DNA of 64,000 nucleotides from NCBI RefSeq assembly GCF_965230075.1, contig NZ_OZ245945.1, positions 2,959,462-3,023,461 on the forward strand, in the 5' to 3' direction. The position numbers and the translations under genes are program-made. The notes beneath the pieces are model-generated. The model saw only the letters and a program-made list of their open reading frames with translations. It searched no databases and had not been told where the DNA came from. How positions within the stretch are numbered: the stretch's first letter is position 1; each line of letters begins with the position of its first letter. Shown here piece after piece: positions 62,994 to 64,000 of the stretch. The stretch is from Maridesulfovibrio sp. Lineage in GTDB: Bacteria; Desulfobacterota; Desulfovibrionia; Desulfovibrionales; Desulfovibrionaceae.

Positions 62994-64000
62994 ATGGAAC
63001 CGACCACCCTTGGTATTATCGGCATATTTGTAATGCTGGCCTTACTCATGACCCGCATGCCCGTGGCCTACGTCATGACCCTCGTGGGGTTCGGCGGGTT
63101 CTCCATGCTCATTTCCGTAAAAGGCGGCATGAACCTGCTTTCACGCAGCTTTTACGATACTTTTTCATCCTACAGCCTCTCCACCATTCCGCTGTTCATC
63201 CTCATGGGGCAGTTGGCCTTCAACAGTGGAATCAGCCGCAGGCTCTACTCCACAGCCTACCATTTCTTAGGCCACATTCAGGGAGGCCTAGCCATGGCTA
63301 CTGTTGCTGCCTGCACCGCCTTCGGTTCTGTCTGCGGTTCCAGCCCGGCTACCGCAGCCACCATGGCGACTGTGGGTATCCCGGAAATGAAACGCTACGG
63401 CTACTCCAACTCCCTTGCAGCGGGCTCTGTAGCATCCGGTGGTGGACTGGGCATGATCATGCCACCCAGTATCGTACTCATTGTCTATGGCATCCTAACC
63501 GAGCAATCCATTGGTGAACTTTTCATGGCAGGAATCCTGCCCTCAGTGGTGCTGACCATCCTGTTCATCATCGCTATTGCCATAGTCTGCCATCGCGATC
63601 CCAGCTTAGGCCCAAAAGGTGAAACCTTCCCCATGAGCGCCAAACTTAAATCACTCATGGGACTGATCGACACCATCGCCGTATTCGCCCTTGTCATCGG
63701 CGGTATGTTTTTCGGATTCTTCACCCCTAACGAATCCGCGGCCGTGGGTGTACTGGGAATTCTCGCACTGGGTATCATCAAACGTCAGCTGACATGGCAG
63801 GCATTTGTTAATTCACTTTATGAAACCCTGCGTACTTCAGTGATGGTGCTCTTTCTCGTTGCCGGGGCGCTGATTTTCGGTAAATTCCTCGCAGTAACCC
63901 GCATCCCCTTTAATGTAGCCGCATGGACTGCATCATTCGACCTGCATCCGCTGATCATCGTTTCCATGATCCTCATAGTCTACTTCATCGGCGGTTGCAT
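62994..64000 (+). CDS. dctM: TRAP transporter large permease DctM (3' end outside the window; absent from the supplied ORF track)
   Basis: The ATG at 62994 follows the dctQ TAA directly (TAAATG). The open frame runs to the window end and translates MEPTTLGIIGIFVMLALLMTRMPVAYVMTLVGFGG...GSSPATAATMATVGIPEMKRYGY, which is typical of DctM. Confidence 0.85.
   Translation, partial: MEPTTLGIIGIFVMLALLMTRMPVAYVMTLVGFGGFSMLISVKGGMNLLSRSFYDTFSSYSLSTIPLFILMGQLAFNSGISRRLYSTAYHFLGHIQGGLAMATVAACTAFGSVCGSSPATAATMATVGIPEMKRYGYSNSLAAGSVASGGGLGMIMPPSIVLIVYGILTEQSIGELFMAGILPSVVLTILFIIAIAIVCHRDPSLGPKGETFPMSAKLKSLMGLIDTIAVFALVIGGMFFGFFTPNESAAVGVLGILALGIIKRQLTWQAFVNSLYETLRTSVMVLFLVAGALIFGKFLAVTRIPFNVAAWTASFDLHPLIIVSMILIVYFIGGC

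Noticed and set aside
1-64000. A search for CRISPR arrays, tRNA/rRNA genes, transposases, integrases, prophage genes or toxin-antitoxin pairs.
   Set aside because: No direct-repeat/spacer periodicity, no cloverleaf-like sequences in the short intergenic regions, and no DDE, tyrosine- or serine-recombinase motifs appear in any track ORF. The AT-rich islands therefore lack an identifiable mobility gene within this window.

Overview
This 64-kb chromosomal window is densely coding. Gene content suggests an anaerobic, sulfate-reducer-like deltaproteobacterium (Desulfovibrionaceae-like), but that is inference only because no rRNA or tRNA is present. The supporting genes are a selenocysteine periplasmic FdhAB/FdhE, a riboswitch-controlled thiSGHFE operon, and FmdE- and HgdB-type anaerobe proteins.

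Left to right, the window contains:
- the 3' end of a sodium:solute symporter gene, then phoU
- a TPP riboswitch followed by thiS-thiG-thiH-thiF-thiE
- a lower-GC patch with a secreted orphan, a small GIY-YIG-like ORF and two tandem orphan solute-binding paralogues
- fdhE-fdhB-fdhA on the minus strand, with fdhA read through an in-frame UGA
- an AT-rich orphan gene, a Crp/Fnr regulator, and HAD and HD hydrolases
- a clearly AT-rich island encoding a metallophosphoesterase-P-loop (STAND/NACHT-like) protein that continues in a second overlapping ORF
- a TPP-dependent 2-keto-acid decarboxylase
- a ModE-like wHTH protein and an FmdE-molybdopterin-binding fusion
- an HgdB-like protein with a NitT/TauT-type ABC transporter, then YaiI and a PaaK-like ligase
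- a 4Fe-4S membrane protein with an OmpR/HisKA two-component pair and a PepSY gene, preceded by two copies of one promoter box
- a translationally coupled dikinase-like/dual-specificity-phosphatase pair
- a Cache hybrid kinase and an MBL-rhodanese protein
- a ~16.7-kb minus-strand Pel-type exopolysaccharide operon (pelC, split pelA, pelB-like TPR, SPOR-TPR-barrel, pelD-E-F-G, epimerase) ending in two HDOD paralogues
- a divergent GH114-like hydrolase and a NicO/RcnA-type metal transporter
- a TetR regulator with TRAP dctPQM (dctM runs off the window)

No CRISPR array, tRNA, rRNA, transposase or integrase was seen.

The best candidate for an undescribed system is the low-GC metallophosphoesterase-STAND module at 16.2-19.4 kb. 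The second is the dikinase-like/phosphatase pair at 33.7-37.2 kb.

All family assignments come from motif recognition by eye. No searches were run.
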